A stretch of 64,000 nucleotides of DNA from Camelus dromedarius (taxonomy: Eukaryota). Below the pieces are notes generated by a model, which saw nothing but the letters and a program-made list of their open reading frames with translations, had not been told where the DNA came from and did no database searches. Every line of letters starts with the position of its first letter. The stretch's first letter is position 1. Below are positions 26,299 to 37,179 of the stretch, one piece after another. The position numbers were made by a program, and so were the translations under genes. The DNA is taken from assembly GCF_036321535.1 (NCBI RefSeq), contig NC_087472.1, positions 96,102,001-96,166,000 on the forward strand, in the 5' to 3' direction.

Positions 26299-27289
26299 GA
26301 AGATTAAAGCCAAATCTCTCCTTGAGTGTTCAAAGAGCAGAGTATAGATTTTGCAAGATGATTTCAGTTCAGAGTCTGTGCCATTCAAATCAATTATCAT
26401 GAAGTCCAAGGATTGTAATCATAGTTTCCTTGTGAACAAATTTTTCCACCCTGGCATCGGATGGCCTTGATTACTCACCTGCCAGTCAAGCATGTTGGTA
26501 GCACGGTCAGGAGGGCCCCGGCCTGGTCCTCAGGACCCTGCAGTATTTGCTGCAGTGCCGGGAAACTGTGCTTCGTAGGATAGCAAGAAGGAAGGACACT
26601 GGTTTATGCCAACTCAGTAACCAAAAAAGAACGCTGGGACTATCAGAAGTGTAGATTTGGTCACCTATTCTGGAGGACAATTTGATAACAGTATCAAAAA
26701 ACACATATATCAAACCTTAGAAATCCAATTACTCTGACTCAGCAATTTTGCTTGTAGAATTATGTATCCTAGGGGAAAAAACTGGATTAGTATGCCTATC
26801 ATTCACCTGCTTAAAAAATCCTTTCGTGGTTCCCATAATTGTTTATAGAATCACACTTGGGGAGACTGAAGGGAGACAGCAGTATATCCACTTACATTGG
26901 ATAATTAAGACTGGCAGGTGTTTGCATGGGCCACAGCTTGGTCTAGACTTGAACCTGGTTAGATTAACCTCAAAGGTCCCCGAGCCACCTTTGCTACATT
27001 TGATCTCTTTCATGAAAATCACTGAAATGGTAACTGTGACTCACAGTTCCAGTGTTAAATTGGTGTCTGCCCTTGAACATTTATTATAAACTATCATCCA
27101 ATTTTGTGACTTAAATAAATTAAAATTTTTATGTCTGTAATTGAGCCATTAAGTGTTGAAAATTACCTATATTCTTACCCACTGACATTCAGATAATATA
27201 TTTGGCGGGCAAAAGTTGTGAATCCAAATTATGCTCAAATCCAAGTGAGGAATCTTTATTCACTTTAAACATTTTTAATTTTAATTTAA

Positions 27290-27768
27290 TTTGATTTCAG
27301 AGTTATTTTTTAAATTGAAGTATAGTCAGTTTAAAATGTGTCCGTTTCTGGTGTACAGCATGTTTCAGTCATACATATACATACATATATTACTTTTCAT
27401 GTTCTTTTTCATTGTAGGTTACTACAAGATATTGAACATAGTTTCCTGTGCTATACAGTATAAACTTGTTTATTTTTTTATATAGTAGTATCTGCAAATC
27501 TTGAACTCCCAATTTATCCCTTCCCACCCCCTTTCCCCCTTCCCCCCCAGTAACCATAAGTTTGTTTTCTATGTCTGTAATCACTTTTTTAAAAAATATA
27601 CTTTTATAGAAGTATAGTCAGTTTACAATGTTGTCAGTTTCTGGTGCACAAAACAATGCTTCAGTCATACATGAACATACATATATTCGTTTTCATATTC
27701 TTTTTCACCATAAGTTACTACAAGATATTGAATATAGTTCCCTGTGCTGTACAGTATATACTTGTTGT
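27290..27768 (-). mobile_element. Two tandem lineage-specific L1 3' ends
   Basis: Two copies of gaagtatagtcagttta...ttactacaagatattgaa.atagtt.cctgtgct.tacagtata (about 27310-27578 and 27600-27768). Confidence 0.88.
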
Positions 27769-29074
27769 ATCGAATTTTGTGAGAATGCTCCTATATTTCA
27801 AAGTGAGAGACACTCTGCCAGGGTTCAGTAGGTGTTCTGTGCAATTCAGTGGGTTTGTAGATGTAATTCTTGGTGTATTTGTGGGAGAGGGTGAGCTGTG
27901 AGTCTTGGCTCAACGCCCCCGTATTCACTTTTTTCTGTTGTATTATCTGTTGCAGTCGTATGTCTGGACCCAAACCCTGTCAAGGAGGGACCAAAATTTA
28001 CATAACATTCTTTAGTATGATGGAGGCTGCATTCAGAGTTTTGATTAAACTGCTCTACATGTGTGATTATTACTTGTAAACAGATGATTAGATATTAATT
28101 AGACAATAAGTGATTGTAAAGCACTTAGAAAATAAAAGTGTTTATAAATACCACCAAGTAATAGCAACAGTAATTCTTTACTGACTACACAGCTGATAAT
28201 GTCAATAAGAATAATTTATTCTAGCTAAGGGCAACTTTAATTTATGCAAAAAAAGCTGCTATCATATCTGTTTTGCTATAGCAAAACAAAATATATTTAC
28301 AACTGGTTTTCCATCAGCATTTAGATAAACATGTCTCATTTTGATTGGAAAAAAAAAGACAGCACTTATCCCTTTTAGGACCTTCTCAAACACAGGCACA
28401 ACCATTACGGTGCGGGGTCTAAGTACTACGACCTGGAGCTCCTTATGGCTCATCTCTCGGACTTATGTCAGATATTTATTTCTTTAAAATATAAGCTGTA
28501 AGGTGACATTTTGTCAGTGGCATTTTCATTCACGCAGTAGGTTTGTCATGTCGGGTCTGTGGAGTTGCTCCCCCAGCACCTTAAAACAGTGCTTAATAGA
28601 CTCAAAAGTTTTGGTGAAATGACTGAGTAAAGGTCAATTCTTTTTTGGTTATGATGGAAGCTGGAAAAAGAAGAAAATCCATGTTAACAAAGTTAACGGC
28701 TTTCTTTCTATCTTCCTGATTTTGTTTATCAAAAAAAAGTTCTAAAGCTCTGACTGCTTTTTATGTCCGATCATTATTTTTTTCCCCTAATGGCCTTTAT
28801 AGGTTGTAGACCTGTACCAGCCTCATTCTTGACCCACTGGTGAATTTGGCAGTGCATCTGTGTTTATCTTTCTGTCATAAGTAAATTTAGGCACCTACAA
28901 TGAGTCGAGGTCTGTGGTTTCAGAGATAGGAAATGAACTGAATGCATACAAGTAAGTGTGCTCCGTGTTACATGAATTCAACAGAAAATGGGTGGAGGGG
29001 TTATTCTGGATGATGAGACACACATGAGTTAGCTCAACAGCCTTGACAAAGCATATCTAACTATATCAGAATGA

Positions 29075-29310
29075 GGCAGTGTCGCCTGGTAGAAAACAGA
29101 GTTGAACTTCAATTCAGGAGACCTGGATTCAAGTGATACCTCTGCCACTTAATCTGTGACCTTGCTCTAGTCACTTAACCTCTCTGAATCTGTTTATTCA
29201 TTTGAAAATTTTCAGTTTTAAAACTTGTCAATCCCAGAGTACTATTATAATTCAATGTGTAAAAGAACTAAGTGAGGGGTGAAACGCCTTACACTGAAAA
29301 AATTTTTATT
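29075..29310. mobile_element. MIR
   Basis: gaggcagtgt...tcaggagacctggattcaagt..ctctgccactta..tgtgaccttg..agtcacttaacctctctga. Confidence 0.8.
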
Positions 29311-29621
29311 ACCATCATTTTCCTGGACTGGGTGAAAAGGAATCATTCATGGGTTTTATAACTTAGATGAACTTTTTTTTTCTGGACTATGCCAGTTTTT
29401 AGACTCAAACCACCAGCCACACGTAGAAAACTGGGGAACTGGCTCAAAATAGAGCCGTAAAAGTAACAAAATTCCATAGAAGGTTATCATGGTTTCTAGG
29501 AAACCTTAAATTCTTCTGTCAACTTTGCCTTGTTCTTTCCATGTCCTTTTCTTCTTTGTAATAAATTCCTTATCTGGTAAATCTGAGGCGATGAGGAAAA
29601 TTAATAAAAAAGAAAAAGGAA

Positions 29622-29801
29622 TAGATAAACAAGATTACACTGTATAGCACAGGGAAGTACACACAAAATGTTATAACTCACAGAGAAAAAAATGTGACAA
29701 TGAGTGTGTATATGTCCATGAATGACTGAAAATTTGTGCTGAACACTGGAATTTGACACAACATTGTAAAATGATTATAAATCAATAAAAAATGTTTGAA
29801 A
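29622..29801 (+). mobile_element. Young 5'-truncated L1 3' end, sense to PCYT1B
   Basis: aacaagattacactgtatagcacaggga...aatttgacacaacattgtaaa..aataaa; TSD aaaaaagaaaaaggaa at 29606-29621 and 29802-29817. Confidence 0.88.
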
Positions 29802-30217
29802 AAAAAAGAAAAAGGAAACGTGGAAGAAATTGTGGAGTCAGGACTGCTGGTATGAGGGAAGGATTTGGAATAAAGGGGGCTTTACATCTGGCCTTCTTGA
29901 CCAATAGTAAGAGCAGTATAGTATATGTAGGGGTGTACAAACTGGAGCTAAAAATGTTAAACTTCCAGTATGGTTGACTTAATACTTTTAAACAATAGAT
30001 ATAAAATTTGTAGCAGCATAACTGAAGATTGGAAAATAAAAAGGAAAAGGTATTTTTAAAGAAGAGAAAGTTTAAACGTAATGCCTGCTTTAAAAAAAAA
30101 AAGACTAACAGATAGACAATGTTATGGCTCATTTTTAGCCACATGTGATGAGGATATGAATAGCATTTGCCATAAGAGATAGATCATATTTGAACTTTAT
30201 CACGGGGCACTGAAATA

Positions 30218-30697
30218 GTATTAGTTGGAGATCCTCTGGAAGCAAACCCTGAGACAAGGATTCAGGTTCAAGTAGTTAATTTGGGAGGTGAGGCTAGGAA
30301 ACACCCTCAGGTGTGTGGGCAAACGAGACAAGGAAAGGAAGGCAGCCAATGGGGCGCTCTGTCAAGCCAGTTACCACCCTGGGAAATTGATCTGAATCCC
30401 ACTGGGGAATTCTGGGAGTCGGTGTAGAACATGCGATTCAGTTGGCCCACTTGAGGCCCAAGAGCAGTGCGGTATTTGTACATTCACTCCTCTCAGTCAT
30501 TGGTTGAGAGCTCTTGGGGTTGTGGGCTGTTACTTGTCTGGCTCTTCAACCCTTTGGGGGTAGGAGGCAGGGGATTCTGATGGCCAGAGAAAGCCCTCAG
30601 GCAGAGATGAAGGTGTTGGCCCTTGGCAGCGGGCAGGTGTTGATGACAATGGTAATAAGACCTGAGGGGATGGAGCAAAGCTCGGACAGTTTCTGCT
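30218..30697. mobile_element. Old MaLR LTR (MLT1I/J/K-like)
   Basis: gaagcaaaccctgagacaaggattcagg.tcaagtagttaatttgggaggtga signature. Confidence 0.7.
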
Positions 30698-31249
30698 CCG
30701 AAGAGATTATTTTAGTTCTTCCCTGCAGATCTTTGGGAATGGTATTTTCAGCGATTTGATGTTGAAGTGAAGACTGCTTGGGGGAAAAATGATGTCACTG
30801 GAGGTCTCTTCCAAGCTGAAGCGAATGTCTCTGTGGCTCAGCGTCCTCATCTGCTCAGGTGTTGAGGGGATTACAGGTAGCCCGTGGTAAGCACCTAGCA
30901 TGGGGCTAAGAACGTACTTGATAAACGGTAGAAAGAAAGCTGATGGTGCTGTGAGGGGCAGCACTGAACTAACAAGTTCTCACCGACGCCATGCCTTACT
31001 TGTAGAGGTTACAAGACTCAAGAGCCCTGTCCCCAGAAGTTCCCTGGGGACTTTCGGAACAGCCTGCCTCCATCATGCTCCCTGTGCTTCTGCTAACTGG
31101 TAAGGTAGGACTCTCGCAGCTTTGCTCCTCAGTTTCAGCTTTCTTGTTTCTTCTGAGTCCCTGCATCTTTCTATTTGCTCACATGCTAACCTCTGCCTGC
31201 CTCACTCCCACCCCAGATCCAGCCCTTGATTCCTTTGGGGAGGAGGGGT

Positions 31250-31945
31250 AATGTTCATTTTTTCCCCCATCAGGGTAATAGATGCTTCTTTAAAAATACT
31301 TGTTAGAGACATGAAAATGTAAAAAAGAAACTAAAACCCCTGTAATCCCACAGTTTAAAGGTGTCACTTAACATCTTGATGTATTTCCTTCCAGTGCTTT
31401 GTTTTCTAAGCATGTTCACATCCCATAATTGGGACTGTTTTTTTTGGAATTGTATTTTGTGGCTTGCTTTTCTCACCTGACATAATGTTGACATGTTCCT
31501 CTAGGATTAGATTTAGTTAAAAAAATGATACTTAATGCATGTATGACACTATATGACTGTGTTTTATTTTTATTTTAACCATTTCTCCTATTGCTGTAAA
31601 TTGCTTCCTTTTTTTTTTTCTGGCCTGTTGTAAGTTTGCATTAAGCATCTTTGTATGTAATTGTTTGCAAACTTCTGGTGATTTCTTTGGGGATAAATTT
31701 CCAAGGGAATTTATCTGTCAGTAAATCCTGCAGCCTTTAGAGAGTTCATCCCTGGTTCAAAGGGGATGAACTCTAAAGGCTGCAGGATTTACTGACAGGT
31801 GTCCTCCATGGAGTTTTTAACAATCTTAACATTGTGTATAGATTTGTGTAACCATTACCATAATCAAGATACAGAAATTTTCTATCACCCCAATAACCTC
31901 CCTTCTGCTCTCCCTTTATAGTCATCCTCCCCCCCCACATAACCT
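31250..31945 (-). mobile_element. Old L1ME-like fragments
   Basis: ttaaccatttctccta...atttctttggggataaatttcc...aatcaagatacagaa..tttctatcacccca. Confidence 0.6.
31715..31798. repeat. Near-perfect inverted repeat (38/36-nt arms, 10-nt loop)
   Basis: ctgtcagtaaatcctgcagcctttagagagttcatccc / gggatgaactctaaaggctgcaggatttactgacag; identical apart from a 2-nt bulge. Confidence 0.97.
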
Positions 31946-32724
31946 CTAGAGGGTTATGAAATACTGAATTCCATATTGTGCCATTAACTGGTCATTCTTA
32001 ATCATCTTAATAGCACTATGAAGCCCCCAAGTGAAAATAACCCATTCAGGTATTATAAGAAGTTCCTGAATCAGGTTGCAATAGCAGCCGAGACTCTGAT
32101 CCCCAGAGGGGGTGAGTCTGGTAAAGACTCCTCTCAGAGTGGTGCTGGAAAGTTTATTTCTCCCCATTAGGACTGTGAGATTCAACCACTGGGCTGTGGG
32201 GAGAGGGGCAAGAGAAGCCAAGGCAAGACTGGAGTATGATCAGTGGGAATGGAATTAGGTACAGAGCAGACCCTCAAGGCAGTTAGAAGTCTAAATTTTG
32301 AGGTTCAGGGACTTGGGCTGATTATGTGTCAGGTGTGACTTGGATTTAGCCCACAGTGATAGTGATAGCTAGAGGTCTGACTTGGGTGACTCAACAAAGA
32401 TACTCATCGTAGGCAAGGCAGCATCTTGTTTCGATGAGACAGGGGAGAATGAAGAAGGGGAAGCAGGAGGCATCTGACCACTCTGACACAGAAGAGGCTG
32501 AGGGTGGGGGAGGTAAGGGAATGGTCTAGGCTTTTGGGCAAGAGGGGTTCACAAGGACCACACTAGACATCAGGACGCTGCTAAATCGGCAAGTGCACAG
32601 GTGAGCCTCATATTCTAGAAAGGGAATTAGAGGACCAGTTAGGAACCAAGCTGGTAGATCAGACCCAGAACACAGTGGGGGTCAGGGATTAGGTGCTTTC
32701 CAATGGGATCATGTGGCTCTAGGT

Positions 32725-32911
32725 TATGGTTCTCAAAATTTAGCATGTGGCAGAATGCCTCCAAAACCCGGAGGTTTGTTAAAATACAGATTCCTGGTCT
32801 CCACCACCAGAGTTTCAGACTTGGTAGGTCTGGGGTGGGGACCAAGACTTTCTGACAAGTTCCCAGGGCTGCTGCCACTGCTATTTTGGGGACTACGCTT
32901 TAAGAACCACT
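32725..32911. mobile_element. MER5A
   Basis: tggttctcaaaatttagcatgt..cagaat...ccagagtttcagact..gtaggtctggggtgggg...ctttaagaaccac. Confidence 0.85.
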
Positions 32912-33422
32912 ATTGTGAAGCAAAGAAAATATTGAGATTAGATGAACAATCTCCCTCTCATATCACCCAGTGCGGATGGGAAAGGGACACCTAAATGTAT
33001 TGCAGGGCTTGGCTCTTCCAAGTTGAAGGCTTGATAGAGCTAAATTTGCAGTTCAAGGTGTCTTGTGTTTCTAGGAGGGCAGAAAGGTTAGGAAGGTCCA
33101 CTTTCAGGTGACCCAATTGTCACTCGAATTCTTGCATCACTGGAGTTCTCTCAAGCATAGATAATAATGGCAATGCCAAGTGATGTCATTCTGATTTAAA
33201 GTGGCAGAATCTATAACTGTCAAAGTGTAAATCTCTGCTGCAGAATCCATTTTCTTTTAAGGCTAACCCTCTGCTTATTTGAAGAGTAATAAAAATAATG
33301 CTCCGTTACACTAGGATAACACATTCTAATTTACAAAGTGCTTTCATGTGATACCTTATTTGATCTCCCAAATTCTATGAGGGAGGCAGGGCAGGTATTT
33401 TTTATCCCATCCTTTGGACTCC

Positions 33423-33626
33423 TGGTTCTTTAAGTATGGTCCCCCAGCCTGTAGCATCAACATCACCTAGGAACTTGTTAGAAATGCAAATTCCATCCCC
33501 ACCCCAGACCTACTGAACCAGGTCTTAAGGGGCCAATAATTTACAGTTCCAACAAGTTCTCAGGTGATGGTGATGGTGATGTTGGTGCTGTTGGTCCTCG
33601 ACCATACTTGGATGAAAACCACTGCT
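33423..33626. mobile_element. MER5A
   Basis: catcacctaggaacttgttagaaatgcaaattc..ccccagacctactgaa...aaaaccactg. Confidence 0.85.
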
Positions 33627-33749
33627 ATAGTTTAAAATGAAAGATTTAGAAGCCCAGGGACTTGTCTTAAAAGGACTTGTATCTAGATGCCTTTTCTACC
33701 ACTACACCTGCTGCATCCCTACCTGCCCTCCTCCCCACCATCTTTCCAA

Positions 33750-33925
33750 TCCCAGCTCCACTGCTTATGAGTTTGAGGCCCTGAGCAATTACTCTAGATT
33801 GCAATCTTCTCACCTGTAGAATGGGGATAATAATAGGATCGACCTCTGTGGGTTCTTATGAAGATTAAACAAGATCGAGGTAAAGTACTTAGCGCTGTGA
33901 CCGTGCTTAATAAATGCTAGTAATT
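33750..33925. mobile_element. MIR
   Basis: cttctcacctgtagaatggggataataatag..acctc..gggtt.ttatgaagattaaa. Confidence 0.75.
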
Positions 33926-34339
33926 ACCATGATTTTCATTACTGTTACTTAAAGTGTGATATTTCACTAGAAAGAATAGTTTTGTAAGTTCTTTCCTTTG
34001 GGTGTGTGTCTCCAGAACGCCCTCTTAAAATGGTGGTTATTCCTGGGCGATTTAGGCATTAAGGCACATCATCTTTAACACCCCTGCCTGGGATGTTTCT
34101 GTGCTTGCCCTGAGCATTTGGCTGAGAGCAGGGTGCTTAGGAAAGGAGAGCAAAGGAAAAATAGACCGGCGTATGGAACAGTGTATATTTATTAAAGGGC
34201 AGACAACAGCAAGACTTCACTAAGGAAACTCAGAATAGTTAGAGCGGGGGAGGAGTGGCTGAAGGAGGAAGCAATTGGGGAGGGCAGTGAGAGGTGGGAG
34301 GCAGGTGTCGAAGATAATCTACCTCCTTCAAAGTTTCTC

Positions 34340-35117
34340 CCAGGGCAGCCCCAGTGGTAAGCCCCAGGGCTACCCCGGGCCTCGGGGGATCTGCCAGTGC
34401 TCTTGCTGCAGTCAAGGGGGTGGATACTCTGGTGCTCACAATGAATGCCCCGAGAGGCCCTCCGAGGCTAGCTGGTAATTGTGGGCAACAGGGAGTTTGG
34501 GCTCAAAAGTGGCTTTGTCTTCGGGGTGACTTCTTTTTAGCAAAATTCTGACTTCAGCACATCAAACACTCCTGTCAGGGACAAAGTCCTTCTTTTAGTG
34601 GAGGTCTGCTATGTTCTGTCTCGAGGCGTCCTGGGCCGCTGAGGATGCGGTTTTTTCTTATCTGGGTAGTGCAGCCGGGGACCCTTGCCCAGAACGGACC
34701 CAGACCTTTGCAATTGAATTAAACAAGAAACAAAAGCAGCAAGTTCGGGCCCCGTGGGCACGGCCGGCCAGCCAGCCAATGGGGCCCGGCCGCTCCCCGG
34801 CGGAGTGGTACTATGATGACAGTAGCCAACCAGAGCGCTCCATGCAAATGAAGTACTGTATCCCGCACCCGCCGCTCCAGTGCCGTCTGGTTGTTATAGT
34901 GATAAACTGAGGCCTTGCCTCTTGGCTTCTCGGAGGAGGAAAGGGGCGGGCGGGGGGTGGGGTGGGGGATAACCTCTTCAGTTCCCCCTGGGAAGACAGA
35001 AAGAAGGGACGAAGAAGGGGGATGGGTGGGGGAGAGAAAAATACGTGACAAAGAAAACATTCTCTGCCTGGGAGGAGACTCACAGAGGGTGTAGAGCTGA
35101 GGGAGCATTCACTGGCC
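34340..35117 (+). promoter_or_regulatory. PCYT1B: CpG-rich promoter/5'UTR of the CCTbeta1/2 exon
   Basis: Local CpG and GC enrichment; CCAAT box 34776-34780; octamer ATGCAAAT 34842-34849; GC boxes/G-runs 34943-34968; lies directly upstream of the coding exon. Confidence 0.8.
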
Positions 35118-35234
35118 ATGCCAGTACTTACCACTGATGCTGAGTCAGAAACAGGTATCCCAAAATCCCTTTCCAATGAGCCTCCCTCAGAAACCATGGA
35201 GGAAATAGAGCACACATGCCCACAGCCTCGACTG
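35118..35234 (+). CDS. PCYT1B: PCYT1B first coding exon of CCTbeta1/beta2, [39 protein letters not shown]
   Basis: The first 39 aa of ORF 35118..35336 match the known CCTbeta N-terminus; consensus donor CTG|gtaagt at 35234/35235, phase 0. Confidence 0.97.
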
Positions 35235-36954
35235 GTAAGTAAAGACAAAGGATGCAAATGTATGCGTGGCTATGGCACAAAAGAGTTCCTTATGCGCCCG
35301 CAGCCAACGATGCTTGGAGGATTTTCATGTAAATGAGAATGGAGCTACCGCCTAATCCTTCTCAGCTGTTTATACTTAGCTTCTATACCGGGTGCTGCTC
35401 TCAGCTTACAAAGCATTATTGTATTGGCTCGGTAAGAAACGGGCTGCTTGGGCTATGCTGTGTTTTTGTGCCTTGGGAGGAGGGGATGGTCTTTTTTCTT
35501 TTAGGTGTATTCTCATCTAAAGGTAAAGGTCCTACAGTACAATTTAAAAATGGTATTCTTTTCACAAAGCTGGGGACGAGTCCGTTGTGAAGTTCTAAAT
35601 TTCTAGCTCAGGAATGATTCGGTCTTCAACTAATTTTGGTGCCTAATGCCAGTTCTGGAAAAATGAAGACGACATGGAAGCAAAACTTCCCCATTCGTTT
35701 GAAAATTTCAAAATAATAAGCTAAAGGGTCCCTCAGTGATGTATTTAGAAATAACGTGCATCTTAAATGAATTGAAAACATTTCCGGAGCGTGCTTTGAG
35801 GGTTTCTCTTCAGGTAGTGGGAAGCTACATTTACTTAGAAAGGGGCTGCATGCCTTTAATAATGAAAGTGTGGAAACGGGGCACTCAGAGCGTCCTTCCA
35901 TCTCTGTAACTGGTATCCTAAATTTAATCAGCTTCTCTGCCACTGGTCATAATTCCTTAAGTAAATGTGGAAGGTGGTTCTCAACCACCTCAGCATGTAT
36001 TGTCAAGGAATCAAAAACACCACATGGGTGGTGGGTTTTCCCTGGCCTGAAGTCTTACGGCACTTGGGGGAGACTTCTCTTTGAACCCTCCAATCCAAGC
36101 GACCTACTAGTTAGAGCTATCCTCTCTCTGGTGATTTTCCCCAAGTTAAAGGTGCAATATTCTGATTGGCTGTAGCGTTTGACCCTGGGAAGAGGTTTTT
36201 TAAAAAAGAATTTTGTTATGTAGCATTTTCTGTGAACTCCCAAAATGAGGGCTCACAGATTCCAAGGCCCATCCCTCATGTAACTGTTACTACTTCGTAA
36301 GGGTTAATAAGAGTTCAAATACTGACTTTTAGGACAATTTTCTAAAACATGAAAACAAAGGAAGTTACATTAGAGCATTGTGGGCTTTTGTTCACTGTGT
36401 TTCTATTTTTTAAGATATATTTTCTTAGGGCAGTGTAATAGTAACTGCTCTCCAGTGCTAAAGCCACTTGCTGAATAACATATACAATGTAGTACCTGTG
36501 CTCTCAGGGGACCCAAAGCATCCCGCTAAGTTTGTTACTAAGGCATTTCTTTGAGCCACTAACAACTCTTGGTTTAGCACTGCAAACAACGGCAACAACC
36601 AAAATCAAAAAACTGACCATTGAAAGCTTGTTACAAGTCACCCAAAATAGATTTTTAAAAGTTAAACTCAGTGTTTACTTTAAAATTTGCATCACACACC
36701 TTCTTGACAACTAAAGGTCAGCGGAGAGAGGGGGTCATCCAGTTCCAGTTTGTATCATTTTGGCCTTTCGCGCCCACTTCTTTTCCTTCCCTTTTGCCTT
36801 TTAGCAATTGTGCTCCTTGATTGCTTCTGCCTGAGAGGATGGGCAGAGGACATCAAGGGAAGGAAGTTCAAGTGCTTTCCACTTCGACTTGTGACAGCCC
36901 ATCCTGGAGGTTGACTCACAAGAGCCATGCAAAGCTGGCAATGTTACACCTCCA

Positions 36955-37062
36955 TCTCCCCACCATTTTAGAAATGAAACTGAGGTTCAGAGAGGGTAAG
37001 TGACTTCCCCAGAGTCACACTGCTTCCAGGGGCTGCAGAGCTGGGATTTGAACCCAGAGCTC
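36955..37062. mobile_element. MIR
   Basis: ccattttaga..tgaaactgaggttcagagagggtaagtgactt.ccca.agtcacac...gagctgggatttgaaccca. Confidence 0.85.
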
Positions 37063-37152
37063 TTCACCCAAAAAGTGGAAGCTCTTTTCTCTACAACACA
37101 CCTTTAAGTGAGATACATTCTCTTCCCATCTTTTTGGCAGTTGTGGTTTAAA

Positions 37153-37179
37153 GTGTGTGTGTGTGTGTGTGTGTGTGTG
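37153..37179. repeat. (GT)n microsatellite
   Basis: About 13 uninterrupted GT units. Confidence 0.95.

Noticed and set aside
34719..35257. 129- and 148-aa antisense ORFs over the promoter and exon 1
   Set aside because: GC-rich promoter sequence is stop-poor; the products are Pro/Ser-rich with no recognisable domain. An antisense lncRNA cannot be supported from sequence alone.
35235..35336. Extension of the exon 1 ORF (VSKDKGCK...)
   Set aside because: Intronic read-through past the consensus donor at 35235.
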